Shown: positions 51,901 through 64,000 of the stretch, in pieces
Numbering within the stretch: the first letter of the stretch is position 1
How the letters are laid out: every line of letters starts with the position of its first letter
From: Lama glama
Lineage: Eukaryota
Direction: 5' to 3'
Assembly (NCBI GenBank): GCA_028534125.1
Contig: CM052816.1
Coordinates: forward strand, 21,640,001-21,704,000
DNA: 64,000 nt
Made by a program: the position numbers and the translations under genes
The notes under the pieces: generated by a model
Told to the model about the DNA's origin: nothing
What the model saw: the letters and a program-made list of their open reading frames with translations, nothing else
Database searches by the model: none

Positions 51901-52569
51901 TCTTTGTGTTTTGAGGAATTTTTTCCCTAGTACATTCCATGTATATTTAATATGTAGCATGATCATTGATGTTTCCTTTTGTTTACTTGTAGTTTTGATT
52001 CCCTCTTTGACTTACAATTATTTCGATAGTGACTTTTAAAAAAATTTAGAGGTGGTTGAGATTCTTACTTAACCTTTCAATCTCTATTTGTATTGTTATA
52101 ACATTATGAATATGGGCAATTGCTACTTTGGGACATATGTTGAAGTCATTTTTATAACTTTTGGACCAGAATGTATATTCACTATTTATGGGATATAGTG
52201 TTGAATATCTTTGTTAAGCCAAGTTTATTAATTATTAATAGTCAAGTTCTCTATACTTCAATTAAAAAATATATAACATAGTCAAGTTCTCTATATCATT
52301 ATTTGCTTAATCTGTTAAAGACTGAAAGAAGTATGTTAAGGTATCCATTATGATATTGGCTCTACAGTATTTTTAATAAATTGTCTTTTTCCTGGCTGTT
52401 TCACTTATTTTGTAAGCTGTTTTTCAGCCCAGCAATATTTATAAATGTCTTCACTTGGGGACATTGTAGCATAGAAACCCTCTGATTTTATTTACTTGTG
52501 TTTTTCTGTTCCTAATTCTGATTTCTTTTTCTTTTATGTATCTTTGCCCATCTCCTTATTTTTAATCTA

Positions 52570-53190
52570 CCTGCTTGTGTCCATATCCACTGTCAAAACT
52601 CAAGTCCATGTTTATTGTCATCCTTTCCCTAGACTACTGAGATAGGTTTCTCATTGGTCTCCTTGCTTCTACTTTTACCTTACAACAGTTCATTCTCTGC
52701 TCAGCAGCCAAAGTCATCTTTTTCCATCTGAAAGCTCTCCCATGGTGTCTCTCACACTTAAAATTCTTACTATGGCTTATAGTGTATAATCTACCCCCTG
52801 CCTACCTCTTCAACCTCATCTCATCCCACTGTCCCCTTTACTCACTGTTTACCCTAGCCATACTGGCTTTATTTCTTTTCTTAAAACTTGCCATTTTTTT
52901 ACTTCAGGGCCTTTGTACTAGGTAGGTCCTCTACTGAGACGGCTTCTTATCATGACTAAGGCTTATTTTCATTTAGGTCTAAGTGCATTTGTCACCTCTG
53001 AGAATTCTTCCCTGACTATTCAATCTGAAGTAGCCATTCTATCACCAAGTCACTATATCATGTTGTTTTGTTTTTTTTTCTTTAAATCATTTACTAATAT
53101 CTGAAATATTCTTGATTATTTATTTGTATACTCAGTGAGAGTGGGTAACTCGTGTGAGTTGTTTTCTGTTGTATTCCTGACACCTGTACC
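52570..53190 (+). mobile_element. L2 fragment
   Basis: ctagactactg..ctcattggtctccttgcttc..cagcagccaaagtcatctt..cagggcctttgtact. Confidence 0.75.
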
Positions 53191-53849
53191 CCTGCACACC
53201 TCAGGGAAGTTTTCTTCAGCTATTTCTTTAGGTCTTCATTGAATCAGTTCTCTCCTTCTCTCCCGAAATTTCTTTTATAGTCACTTACCTTGTCTGGAGT
53301 TTTCTTCCAGATCTCGTAATTTTCTTCCTTTTTGTTTTTCCTTGAATTTCTCAAAATTTCTTTTTAAGTTTGCTCACTAACGCACTTATTCTGTTCTCTG
53401 AAGTACATAGTTCTTCTTTTCACTGCTTCCATTGTGATTTTAAATCTGTAATTCTGTAATCACATTTTTTTCTCTCCACATTCTTTTTCTGATTATATTG
53501 TTCTTCTTGGTGTAATGTCCTTTTAGAATTATGTTGGAAAAATTATTCCTTAGATTGGGTCACTTTTTTAAACTGCTAATTTTTTTTTGTTTGTCTCGCA
53601 TTTTATCTGTTTTCTTTTCATTGCAGAGGGAGGCCTGAGTTTTTCCAGTACTAGGAGTTGATGTGACTTTACCATAGATTATATCTATCCTTCTTAAATG
53701 CTTTCAGACTTCTGAGATGTGCAAGAGCATTTAAGTTGTGGTGAAGGCAAGAGTCAGGTCTGATACAGAGAAAAGTCTTCTTCATCAAAGGGAGACTCCC
53801 CAGCATGGTTACTGACACAGAGTTAACACTCAGAATATGTTTGCTGAAA

Positions 53850-54400
53850 TGAACCAAAGCATGCTGAGTGATTGCTATATGCCTGGTTCTGTGCTGGGTG
53901 CTGTGGGAAATTCAGAGACAGTAATCCCATTCTTGCAGTGGGCTCCACGTAGTAGGAGATATTAGCCATTTGAAGAGTTAAATAACGAAGAAATTTCTCA
54001 ATAAATCTAGGTATGCTTAAAGAAGGGAGAGTTCACTCTGAATTAGATAAGACTTTCAGAAGGAGACAATATTAGCTGGATCTCAAAGAAGTGGTTGGAA
54101 AAAGGAAGGATGTGGTCAGGGTGAACTAGGTTGTAGGAGTAGCTGATAGAAAGATGATGTAGAGGCCCTAATCCATGTGATGTGTGTGGAAGAAGTAAAA
54201 CGATCAGTTTGTTTAGAACAGACAAGACAATGGAGATATAGAGTCAGTGGGCCCTGGTCCAGTAAATGAACCTTGATTGCTAAGCATAGAATTTTAGCCC
54301 TTACCTTTGTGGCTGCAGGAAGATGTTAGAGGCCTTTGAACCAGGAAGGAAGAACTATGATTAGAACCACCTGAGGAAGCTCCATCCGTATATTTCCACT
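53850..54400 (-). mobile_element. L2 fragment
   Basis: ctatatgcctggttctgtgctgggtgctgtggg and purine-rich L2-like continuation. Confidence 0.55.
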
Positions 54401-55717
54401 GATATGAGGTGGACACGATGTAAGATGTCTCCTCTTGTGTTTTTCTTCCTTTCATCCTATCTTGTCTCTTCTCTGTTTTTCTCTTCCTCCAACCTGCACC
54501 AGTCTCCTGAGATATTCCCTGCAGTGGCTTCTGATTCCTACCATCTCCAAAGGAGTAACAAGGTCAGCACCACAATCTTTACTTAATAGTAGTTAGTATA
54601 ATCTGAGTCCTGGGTAGTATGCCAGATATACAGAGATATTAGAGCTTTACAGAAGCAGGTCTGTGTCCTGAACTGACCTGGGAGCAGACAAGATGGATGT
54701 CATATTCTTGTCATATGGCTTTTGAAAATTGGCCTTAAGAAAAGAAATAACAAATGGAAGGAAGTTACTGTCTCTCCATGCCTTGGGGATGGATGGGGAG
54801 AAGGGAGTATTGGGCTCACTGATTGCCTAAGCTTCTAAGATTTTTTGCACCATCTGAAGAGCTACCTTGCCTAAAGGGCCGAAGAGATCTTCATGTAGTC
54901 TAATGGTTAGAACGTTGATGTCTCTCTCAACCCATCACTCTGCCTCCTGAGTCACTGCCTGTGGACGAAAGGAAAGTCCAGTCCTAACACTGTGTCCAGC
55001 CTGGTAGTTCCTTTGGCCACTTGCTGAAGTGGAGCTTCTCACTAATGAGAATGGAGATAAAGGTTTCACCCAGATATCACTAGGATTATACTGTTCTATT
55101 CTGAGTTTGTTATACCTATACCTTATTTCTCCATTTCACTAATATACCCCCTTTCCTAGGACTTTTTTGAAAACATCCCTCAGTCAAAGTTTTTGTGTGT
55201 ATAGCACCTGCTTGAGAAGATTTGAGGTCCTGCAGCTGTTCTGTGCTGCCATGACACTTGTTCTGAGCTTCATCCATCAAGAGGATTTTGTTTCTTTTTT
55301 TTAAATTTACACTTTTATTGATTAGAAATTTTGTTACTAGAAAAGTGAATAAATAATTGTGAATATTGATTCCTACTTATCAAGCAAATAATATTATATG
55401 GTAAGATTGATGTAGGCCATTCTTAAAGTTCTATTATATTTTTATTAGTCATGTCATTTTGTAAATTAAGTATTAAGGCAAGTGTGCTGCATTGATATGC
55501 GAATACCTAATTGCTTTCATTGTATAAATTCCAGCCTGTGCCCTCTTCCTTTTTACTTTAGCTTTTCTCATTATCTCCTTTTTCTACCTAAATTTGTCAG
55601 TAGTACTAAACTTTTTATCCTGAGTAATGCCCCTCACACCTAAAGATGCTACTATCTGTGAATATATTTCCCAGATAGGAATGAAGCTTTAGAGCTAAAA
55701 AAATCTGAGATCATTTA

Positions 55718-56055
55718 AAATTTTTTTGAACAACTTTATTGTGGTATAATTTCGGCACAGTAAACTACACATATTTCAGGTGTACAATTTGATGAATTTT
55801 GTTAGATGTATACACCTGTGAAACCACCACCACAATCAAGATACCTAACATTTCAATCACTCTCCAAGAGGTTCAAATTTTGAACTCCCAATTTATCCCT
55901 TCCCACCTCCTTCCCCCAACTGGTAACCATAAGTTTGTTTTCTATGTCTGTGAGTGTTTCTGTTTCTCAAATCAGTTCATTTGTGTCTTTTTTTGTTCTG
56001 TTTTTTTTTTCTTAGATTCCACATATAAGTGATATAATATGGCATTCTTCTTTCG
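55718..56055 (-). mobile_element. Two juxtaposed L1 3' end fragments
   Basis: aactttattgtggtataat..gtgtacaatttgatgaattt, then ggtaaccataagtttgttttctatgtctgtgag..agattccacatataagtga. Confidence 0.75.
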
Positions 56056-56174
56056 AATCTTCCTGGCTTTGTTTCTCATGTGTTTCATAGTGTTTTCTGC
56101 TACCACCCTTCACTGTGCATCTCCTATCCTTTGGCAAACTCTGCCTCAAACAAACAGGACAGATTACCTAGAAC

Positions 56175-56380
56175 TCTGCTGTCCAGTACAATAGTCACTA
56201 GCCATATATGGATATTTAATTAAATACAACTAATTAATTAAAATTAAATAAAATAAAAATTCTCAGTTGCCTTAACCATAGTTCAAGTGCAAAATAGCTA
56301 CATATGGCTAGTGGCTCCTATACTGGACAGTGCAGACACATAATTCCCATCATCACAGAAAGGCCAATTGAAATGCTGGT
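56175..56380. mobile_element. MER3 (hAT-Charlie)
   Basis: gctgtccagtacaatagtcactagccatatatgg...tggctagtggctcctatactggacagtgcag. Confidence 0.8.
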
Positions 56381-56518
56381 CTAATACAGCCAAATTCCAG
56401 CAGTACATTCCAGCTGGATGTAGATACTCCAAAGCAAGTTCAAGTTCTTCATTGCTACTGTGTGAAGCAGGTGAACCTCTTCATTATTTCAGTTGTGCAT
56501 CTAGTGACTATTAGATGA

Positions 56519-56558
56519 GACACACACACACAAACACACACACCCCTACATACACACA
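56519..56558. repeat. Imperfect (CA)n microsatellite
   Basis: cacacacacacacaaacacacacacccctacatacacaca. Confidence 0.85.
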
Positions 56559-58159
56559 GAGTCACTCATTAATTCTTACAGACTAGATATTCTAAACCCA
56601 TCAGAAATAAGAGGAGCATTTTCCAAATTGCTCCATAATTTTTCTTATCCCTTATACAGTTGACATCTCACATTATTATACAAGGAAGTCTCTCTCTTTC
56701 AAATTGAGCCCCTTTGGGCCCATCATAAAGAAGAAATAAGCCCATTTCTGAACCTTTTTCATTTAATGTCAGGTCACTTAGCCCTAAAAGGATGTGACAG
56801 AAGCTTTTCTTACATGTTCCTTTCAAGAGCTTGATGACATGCTCACCTTCTCCCCAGTCTCTGCTGAGGCTCTGGAGGTAGAAACCAGGAGTCTCAGCAT
56901 TGGGAAGGCCTGCTTAGATGCTGTAGCCTCTGTCATTTCACACCTTAACCTCAAAGGAAGCCCTTTTTCCTGGATGGAGCACTTTAGTTCCCACAGCTCT
57001 CCTCTGAAGTCATTGCAGAGTGGGTGGAGAAGTCATTGTAGAGTGGGTGGAGGGAGGTGAGGATGATGCTTTGGTCTGAACTTTTTGGGTAAACTTAGGA
57101 GTGGATCTGTTAAAACCAGAGGGTTTTTTCTTTACCACACCACCCCCAGGATTCCATTTCCTGCATATGTGGCATCAGCACCTTTAGCCATCTTGGCCTA
57201 GGCCTTTGGACCATGCCTCGGAAGGGCTCTGCCTCTGCCTTGAACTCCATTTGTACCTCCCCAGTGGAAACGATGACTTTCTTTGTCCTGACCTGGTGAG
57301 AAGGCTCTTTCTTCACTTATTTGGTTAACCAAAGTGGGAAATAGGATTACTACCCTTGTGAGTTAAAGACATTTTGCTCCATGTTGGAGAAAGAGGTAGG
57401 TAGTGGTTTCATCTGCCACTACTACTCATGGATGTGAATAGAACCTCCTCCTGATGCAGATCCCTGTCTCTGCCCCTGGCCTTTTCCCAGCTCCTATACT
57501 GTTTTGACTTCTATTCACCTCTTTTTCTAACCCTGATGCTATCCCAGATCATTTTTTTCTGTCCCTCCTCCTGCCCATGGTCTAGCCACTGCTCTGAAGG
57601 ACTCAGGGTGAGCTGAGAGAGACAGTCTCTCAAAATCTGGGTAAAGATCCTTGAGGGTAGGGTGCTTCTCAGATGTGAGGTGAGGACGTGGGGAGAGACA
57701 CACATACCCTGAATGCCAGTACCTGCCTGCCAAGGCTGGACCTTCCATGGCCTTCTCTTCTTTCTGTCTTTGAACTTCTTTCATCAGAGGAGCCTTTATC
57801 GTTTGATCCCCTCACTATCCAGTAACTTATGCCTGTCCCCCATTCCCTATTTGGGGACATTTAGCTGTGCTGCCGGAGAGGGCTGGCCCATGCCCCCATT
57901 TTTAGGGGCCAGGGATGTCCATGAACATGACAATGAGGCCTAGGCAAAGACATGGCAGGTGAGCAGAGACATCTGGAATCAAGTCATTCATGGTTTGCAG
58001 GGACTCCTGCAGAAGGATTAGGCTCCAAACTTTAGCCTTTCCTTGGCCAACTCCTAATGCTTTTATAAAAAGTAGTTTTATTTTTAATTATGCAAATGAT
58101 GCATGAATACATTCTCTTGTAACATTTTTCAAGAAGAGAATATTCTCTTCTGGTTAAAA

Positions 58160-58250
58160 CAAAGAAGGATGAAAGGAAAGAGAAAGAAAAAAAAAGGGAA
58201 GGAAGGAGAGAGAAAGAGAGCGAGAGAAAAAGGAAAAGGAAGGAAGGAAA
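58160..58250. repeat. GA-rich polypurine low-complexity tract
   Basis: Almost pure A/G for ~90 nt. Confidence 0.85.
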
Positions 58251-58299
58251 TTCAGCCTGATGACTGTAAAATCGTAAAGCTAAATGAAGTACCCTTTGA

Positions 58300-59400
58300 C
58301 TGCCTTACGTGATCCCAGTCCCCTCCTCTCTCTGTTCCCACAAGTAACCACCAGTCTTAGCTAGGAGTGTATCTTTCCAGATCTTTTTTTCAAAGTACAT
58401 TTACTTACTGACCCTGTATATCTATTTTAAAAAATAGATAAGGTTCTTTTGTGATTTTCCACTTTTCTTTCCTTCCTTCTCTTTCTCTTTCTTTCTTTTT
58501 CCTATTTCCTTTCTTTTTCATAATGATGTACTATACCTACTACTTTGCAGTTATCAGTCAGTGATATCTTAGAGATCTCTCCAACTTGGTTCAAAGAGGT
58601 CATGTGCATTTTGGAATTGCTACACTCTGTTCTCTAGCATGAACATACCTCAGTTTATTTATTCATCTCTGGTTGATGGACATTGAAGTATCTGCCACAT
58701 TTCACTATTATACATAGGCTGCAATGAATATTCTTGCATATTAAGCACATGAGCAAGCATCTTTCCTGAGGGATACAACATAGGAAATTACAGACTCACG
58801 GGAATATATATTACATTTAGTAGAGTCTGTCCACTTATTCTCTAGAGAAAAAATGGGTTCACTAACAGCCACTAAATTCTGTACCCTCTAAGAGCCTATT
58901 GAAGCCATTGTGTTCATATTATCAAATGTTGCATACAAAATGTCTGACTGTTTACTTCTCAAGTTCCTTAATGATGCTAAACATCTCTTTATTGGGCATT
59001 TTTGTTTCTTCTGTTAATTGCCTGTTCATATCCTTTTTCTATTAAGTTGTTAAGATTTTACTTGTTAACTTTTGATACTCCTTGTGTACTCTGGATATTA
59101 ATTCTTTGCCTATTTTAAGTGTTACATATGTTTTCTCCCAGTGTTTTACTTGTTTTTTATTTTATAGTAGCTTTTCATATACTAAAGTGTTTGATTTTGA
59201 TGGAGTAAAGTGATCAATTTTTAAAGTGACTTGATTTTTTGTGTCGTCTTAACTAAAAATATTTCCTCTCACCAAAGGTCGTAAATGTATTATTCTATGT
59301 TTTTCTGCTATGTTTATTTTTATATTTAGGGCTTTAATATAAATTAAATCTGAATTTATTTTGTGAGTGGTGTGAGGATGAATCTAGCTTTGTATTTCCT
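58300..59400 (-). mobile_element. Old L1 (L1ME-like) 3' fragment
   Basis: ggttgatggacatt, gctgcaatgaatattcttgcata, ctggatattaattctttg. Confidence 0.7.
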
Positions 59401-59414
59401 CTTAAGTGATAACT

Positions 59415-59925
59415 TTGTGGAAGCTTTACTGATTGTCTTTTTGGTACTTATTCTTCCCTCCTCCCTTAAAAGCATTCTGAATTTCCCAGATGTGTAATTT
59501 GTGTGGAATTGCTCTCACCTTCACCTGTTAAAGTAGATCTTAGTTTGCTTAGGCCAGTCAATGCATCTCATCCCCCTGGCTACAAGACATGAATGGTTCA
59601 GGTGGGTAAATGACCCTTCGGGGGCCAAGATACATGAAATGTTTGCTGTGAGCTTTTAAGAAAGAGCCTTTCTTTTTAGTGTTGGCTCATTTGCCACTGA
59701 CATTCATCTTACTCCCACAAGGGAAGCTGGTCTTAGGATGAACTAGTACAGAAGACAAAGAGAGAAATCAGGTTCTTGATGACATCATTGATCTGCTGGA
59801 CCAATCCTATTCTGAAATCTAGTTTACCACTGGACATTTATTTTACATGAGCCAGTACATTTTCTATATTATTTAAGCCAGTTTGAGTTGAATTGAGTTG
59901 AATCTTTTACTTAAAATTAAAAGAA
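59415..59925 (+). mobile_element. Old MaLR LTR (MLT1J/I-like)
   Basis: Terminal catgagccagtacatttt..tttaagccagtttgagttg. Confidence 0.65.
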
Positions 59926-59926
59926 T

Positions 59927-60001
59927 GGGGAGAGTATAGCTCAGTGATAGCGTGCATGCTTAGCATGCCCGAGGTCCTGGGTTCAATCCCTATTACCTCC
60001 A
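59927..60001 (+). mobile_element. tRNA-Ala(AGC)-derived SINE (camelid vic-1-like)
   Basis: ggggagagtatagctcagtgatagcgtgcatgcttagcatgcccgaggtcctgggttcaatccctattacctcca; A and B boxes; flanked by the ttaaaaga direct repeat. Confidence 0.8.
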
Positions 60002-60898
60002 TTTAAAAGACCACTTGTGGTACACTCAGGCTTGCTTACTGAAAGACCCAGAATATATATGAACAGAAAACTCCAAGACTAAGCTAGGTAAGGATAGATT
60101 GCCCCAAAAAACTGGCAACAAGAATTTTCAAGGCCTAGAATATACATACTAGGACACTGTGATGTGACTTACCGAAGTTCAGAATTATTGCTGTATTTTG
60201 TAGTGTGAGCTGTTTCTGGTGCTAACATAGGAGGGATTGTAAAAGGAAATGAGTGCTCTTCTGGACTCTTCTGACCTGATGGACATGTCATTCTATGCTG
60301 GCTGCCAAGACCATAAACTTGGGAGAATGCCTTTGTGAGAAAGCAAGAACCCCCCACATGCATCCTCATCTCATGAATATCCTTTGTACTCCGAATTATT
60401 AACTCCTTTAGGAATAAACCAAAATAAAACCAACCATAAAGAGAGTCCAAGTTAGTATTATCACTCATCTTTGAATCTAGACTTTATCTCACTTCCATAA
60501 ATCCCATAAATATGGGATCCATTTCTAGACTCTTTATTCTGAGTTACTGATTTGTTTATTCATTATTGTAGCAGTACCACACTGTGTTAATTCCTGTTGC
60601 TTTATAAAATATTTTGAAATCATATAGGGCAAATCTTCCACCATGGTTCTCCTTCAGAATTATCTTGAATATTTTTCCCTATGAATTTTAGATCCTATCA
60701 GGATCCATGAGAAGTTCTGTAAAGGGATTTTTATTTTGTTAGAATTAGGGTAGAATTTATAAACTAGTTGGAGGAGAACTGACTTTTGTGGAATTTGGGA
60801 AAGCTGCTAAGTTTTTGTTTGTTGGTCTTATATCTGGCTACGTTGTTCAACTCCTGGGTTTTCTGTGTAAAGCCTCACATCATCAAGAGGTAATATAG

Positions 60899-60985
60899 CT
60901 TTGCTGTATGCCCGACACTAACATTGTAAATCAAGTACACTTCAATAGAAACCAAAATTTTAAAAATAAAATAAATAAATAGAAA
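60899..60985 (+). mobile_element. 87-bp truncated L1 3' end inserted at the head of a MIR
   Basis: A-rich tail; 14-bp TSD aagaggtaatatag (60885-60898) / aagagataatatag (60986-60999). Confidence 0.8.
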
Positions 60986-60989
60986 AAGA

Positions 60990-61225
60990 GATAATATAGT
61001 GATTAAGAGCATGAAGTCTGAAGTCAGACTGCTTGGGTTTAAATTCTATCTGCCGTTTACCAGCCAAGTACCTCAGTATCTCTGTTATTTAGTCTCTTCA
61101 TCTGTAAACATGGGTTTAATACTAATACCTACCTCCCAAGATGGTTGTTAGGATTAAATGAGTTAAGATACATACAGCATTTAATATAAAGCAAGCAGCA
61201 ATAACAATCACCATCATCATTATTT
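60990..61225 (+). mobile_element. MIR SINE
   Basis: agtgattaagagcatgaagtctgaagtcagactgcttgggtttaaat..tcatctgtaaacatggg..ggattaaatgag. Confidence 0.85.
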
Positions 61226-61899
61226 ATTGTAAGATAAATTTATCTGATTTTTTTTCGTCCATCCTCACATCTATTTTTCTTATCTTAATGCACTGTCTAG
61301 TATTTCAGCACAGTATTGCACAGTAACATGGGTGTCAGGTATTGTTGTTTTGTTCCTGACTTTGACGGAATTTCTTCTAACATTTCACTATCAGAATATA
61401 TTTGCTGTAGATTTCTGGTATAATCCTTGGTCATATTAAGAATGCTTTCTGGTAATCCTAGTATACAGAGAATTGGCTGCAGCAATGAGTGAAGGCCACA
61501 CCCTGAGCACTTGGCCAACCTTGTTCACAGTCTATTAGGCATAAAGTAGCTAGGACCACAAGAGAAGTAGAGGCAGGGTTGTGGGTGCCCCAGGCAGGCC
61601 AGACACCTGCCCTCCTCTGTTGGAGAGTCCCATGCTCAGAAGGGGCATGGCAGAGATGTGCTTGGGATGTGCATGTGGTAGTTTCTCTACAGCAGTGGTG
61701 AAGGCTGTGGCCTGTGTGTACAAGAGCTATATGTACCCAAGGGAGTGTGTACATGTGTGCAAGGGTGCCCATGCATGCTTATGCTGGTCCTGATTCTTGC
61801 AGCAGAAGCCATAATTATGGGCTTAGCCATCTTTTCTGCAGTTGGGGGAGAGGAGCTCCTGACTACTATATCTCTTTTGGATTTTCATAGTTTACTGTG

Positions 61900-63650
61900 T
61901 GCAGCACCCCTATTTCACCTGCCCCACCCCCTAGAGGCAGTCAGGGTGATGACTGAAGCATCAGACCTGTGGTTTCTGTAACAGGAAGTGATTTAGATGC
62001 TGAAAGCTAACTTTAGATAAGTTGATACGGGGTTTTCAAAGAATGTTTCAGGGGTGGTTTCAGGCCCAAGTTTCATCCCCCAGCTCCTCTCATCTATAAG
62101 GTGCTGGCAGTTTCCCACTGTCATTGTCACTGTCTAGCTGAGTGAGCTCATGCCCAGCTGGTCAGCACTCTTGGGTGGAAAGCCAGGGCTGGTTTTCCCT
62201 GGATTCCAGCCTGCCTGAGTCATTGCTTTTGGCCTTAAGCTCCAGGCAGATTCTTGTGACTCAGCATAAGCTGGCTTTAGGCCAGGCTGACACAGGGCCC
62301 CTTATCCCTGGCAAGGATTGCCTGAAGGCTTTGAGGGTCCTATCAGGATAGGGCAATCCACCCCATCTAGGCTGAAGCCGGGACCAGTGATGAAATGAGG
62401 CTTCTGGGCCAAGAGAAACGTCATCTTGGATGGCAGGCACTTAGGTGGGGCATCTTCAGGTCAGCCCCTTCCCAAGCCTCTTAGAAGGGAGGACACTCAG
62501 AACCATAATAGCCACACTGGAGATTCTACCCTGAAGGTTGGGAGTCTTGCTAGTAGCAGCAGACACAAAAGCAGGGGAATAGACACAGAACATTCAGAGT
62601 CCTGTCCTAGAGCTGAAGCCCTGCAGGGTTGGCACCCTCAGGCCTCAATTGTTCCTGTCTCTGCCAAGGCCTGATCATAGGAAATAGAAGCCTAGGGCTC
62701 TATGCTTACCTCCACAAGAGTCTACAAAGCCTACTTTCATTTGCTGTCCTGTACCCTAGGCTTTCACACTAACACTTGCAGCAGAGAAGGCTGTCCCCAT
62801 TCTCAAAGAAGATGGGCCTCAGTGCACTAGGGAAGGTGGCCCAGGGTTACACAGTCAGTGTGGATGGCATCAGAGCCAGGCTGGATGCTGGCCCCTGCAC
62901 CATAATGCCAATGGGATGCCCAACATTCAGGGAAGGAGCTCTGCATGTCTGATTCAGGCAGCAGCCAGCCAGCCATGAGCCCCTGCCACAAGCCTGGGAC
63001 CTCTTGGAAGCTGGGGGAAGCATAACTGAAGTCTCTGCCAGTGCCTGATCTACCTCTTGCCCTGCTTTGAGGGTGAATTGTAGCCTGGGAGATGAGGCCA
63101 GGTTTCTAGGTCTTGGTTGGGACATAAGAAGAGACACATCTGCCCTGGAGAGGCTGTACAGACTTTCCAGAGGCAAAGAGCAGGCTGCTTTCTCTTGGCG
63201 TCTATAGCCAGTCAGTCCCCTGAGGCGGACCAAGGAGGGCAGGACTGACGACCAGCCCAGAGCCAAGGCTGGGCTCAGACCCAGAGAGGAAGAGAGCATT
63301 CTCACAAAGCCCAGTGTTTGCAGCCTATTGACATAGAGTTTGATGGTATGAGCTAAGCCCTGCTTTGAGAGTTCCATAGAAGGAGTCTTTGACCTATTTT
63401 TCAAGGGCTGTGGTGGCAGGAGGGATTTTTGGCCACATCATAAAGAGTTTCGTGGCCACCTCTGATAGACCCGTCTCAGGAAGTTGTAATTTTCCACGAT
63501 TAGGTTATTAGTCACCAAGGTGATCCCTGCCCCCAGCTCCTGGCTCCTGTGCTGTGGCAGCCTGACAGAGGTGGTGCTCCATTGTGGTTAGGCCTCTTCA
63601 GTAGGCCAGGAGCCCTGGAGGCCCCGAGAACTAAGGTTGGGCCATCTGTG
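61900..63650. promoter_or_regulatory. Candidate distal enhancer region with RUNX/ETS/AP-1/NFAT/GATA motif clusters
   Basis: Non-repetitive, GC-richer DNA; motif coordinates given in findings. Confidence 0.4.
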
Positions 63651-64000
63651 TGCCTGCCTTGTTTGTGGAGCTTCACAGCCCCATTCCAGGATTTACCACT
63701 TTCTTGAGCACTATGTCCTCCTCAGGAGATTTAGCTTGGGCAATAAATTCCTTACGATCTCAATGAAGGGATGTGGATAGAGAATAGCTCCCAAAAAATC
63801 CACTTAAAGGAAGACCCATGTACTCTGTGGTATCAGTAACTGTGAAGGCCCAGTCTATGACCTTTCTGGGCATTTTCATTTTAAGAAAAGAGAAAGTCTT
63901 AAGCCAAAGGAATGCATTAATGGAGATCTTTCATAAAGCACTTGCAAGAAACCTTGCAGCACTCAGAGCTCCTTGCCCATTAGAAAGATGGGGTTGTGTG

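Noticed and set aside
59927..60001. Functional tRNA-Ala gene
   Set aside because: Extra 5' bases, mismatched stems, no oligo-T terminator, and a flanking direct repeat indicate a SINE
62847..63404. 185-aa minus-strand ORF
   Set aside because: No recognisable domain, non-ATG start, Leu/Ser/Ala-rich composition expected by chance in GC-rich DNA

Overview
Mammalian nuclear DNA, most likely camelid (vic-1-like tRNA-Ala SINE; no Alu, Bov or PRE SINEs seen). 1-8.3 kb holds the 3' end of P4HA2 on the + strand: six coding exons including the mutually exclusive 60/66-nt pair, then the stop codon, 3'UTR and polyA signal. The upstream intron (1-~2400) contains an old antisense processed pseudogene of CLASP2, with its 5' end present and the rest running off the window start. 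About 8 kb past P4HA2 lies a CpG-rich, probably bidirectional promoter (15.9-16.9 kb). It is followed by ~45 kb of nested transposons: two near-full-length decayed L1s, many older L1/L2/MIR/MaLR/DNA elements, solo ERV1-class LTRs, a circularly permuted 18S rRNA fragment and a 500-N gap. The last 2.5 kb is unique sequence with RUNX/ETS/AP-1/NFAT motif clusters, on the side that faces CSF2/IL3 by human synteny. I found no new protein-coding gene or multi-gene system. Repeat family names and homologies are recalled from memory, not from database searches, and most repeat boundaries are approximate.
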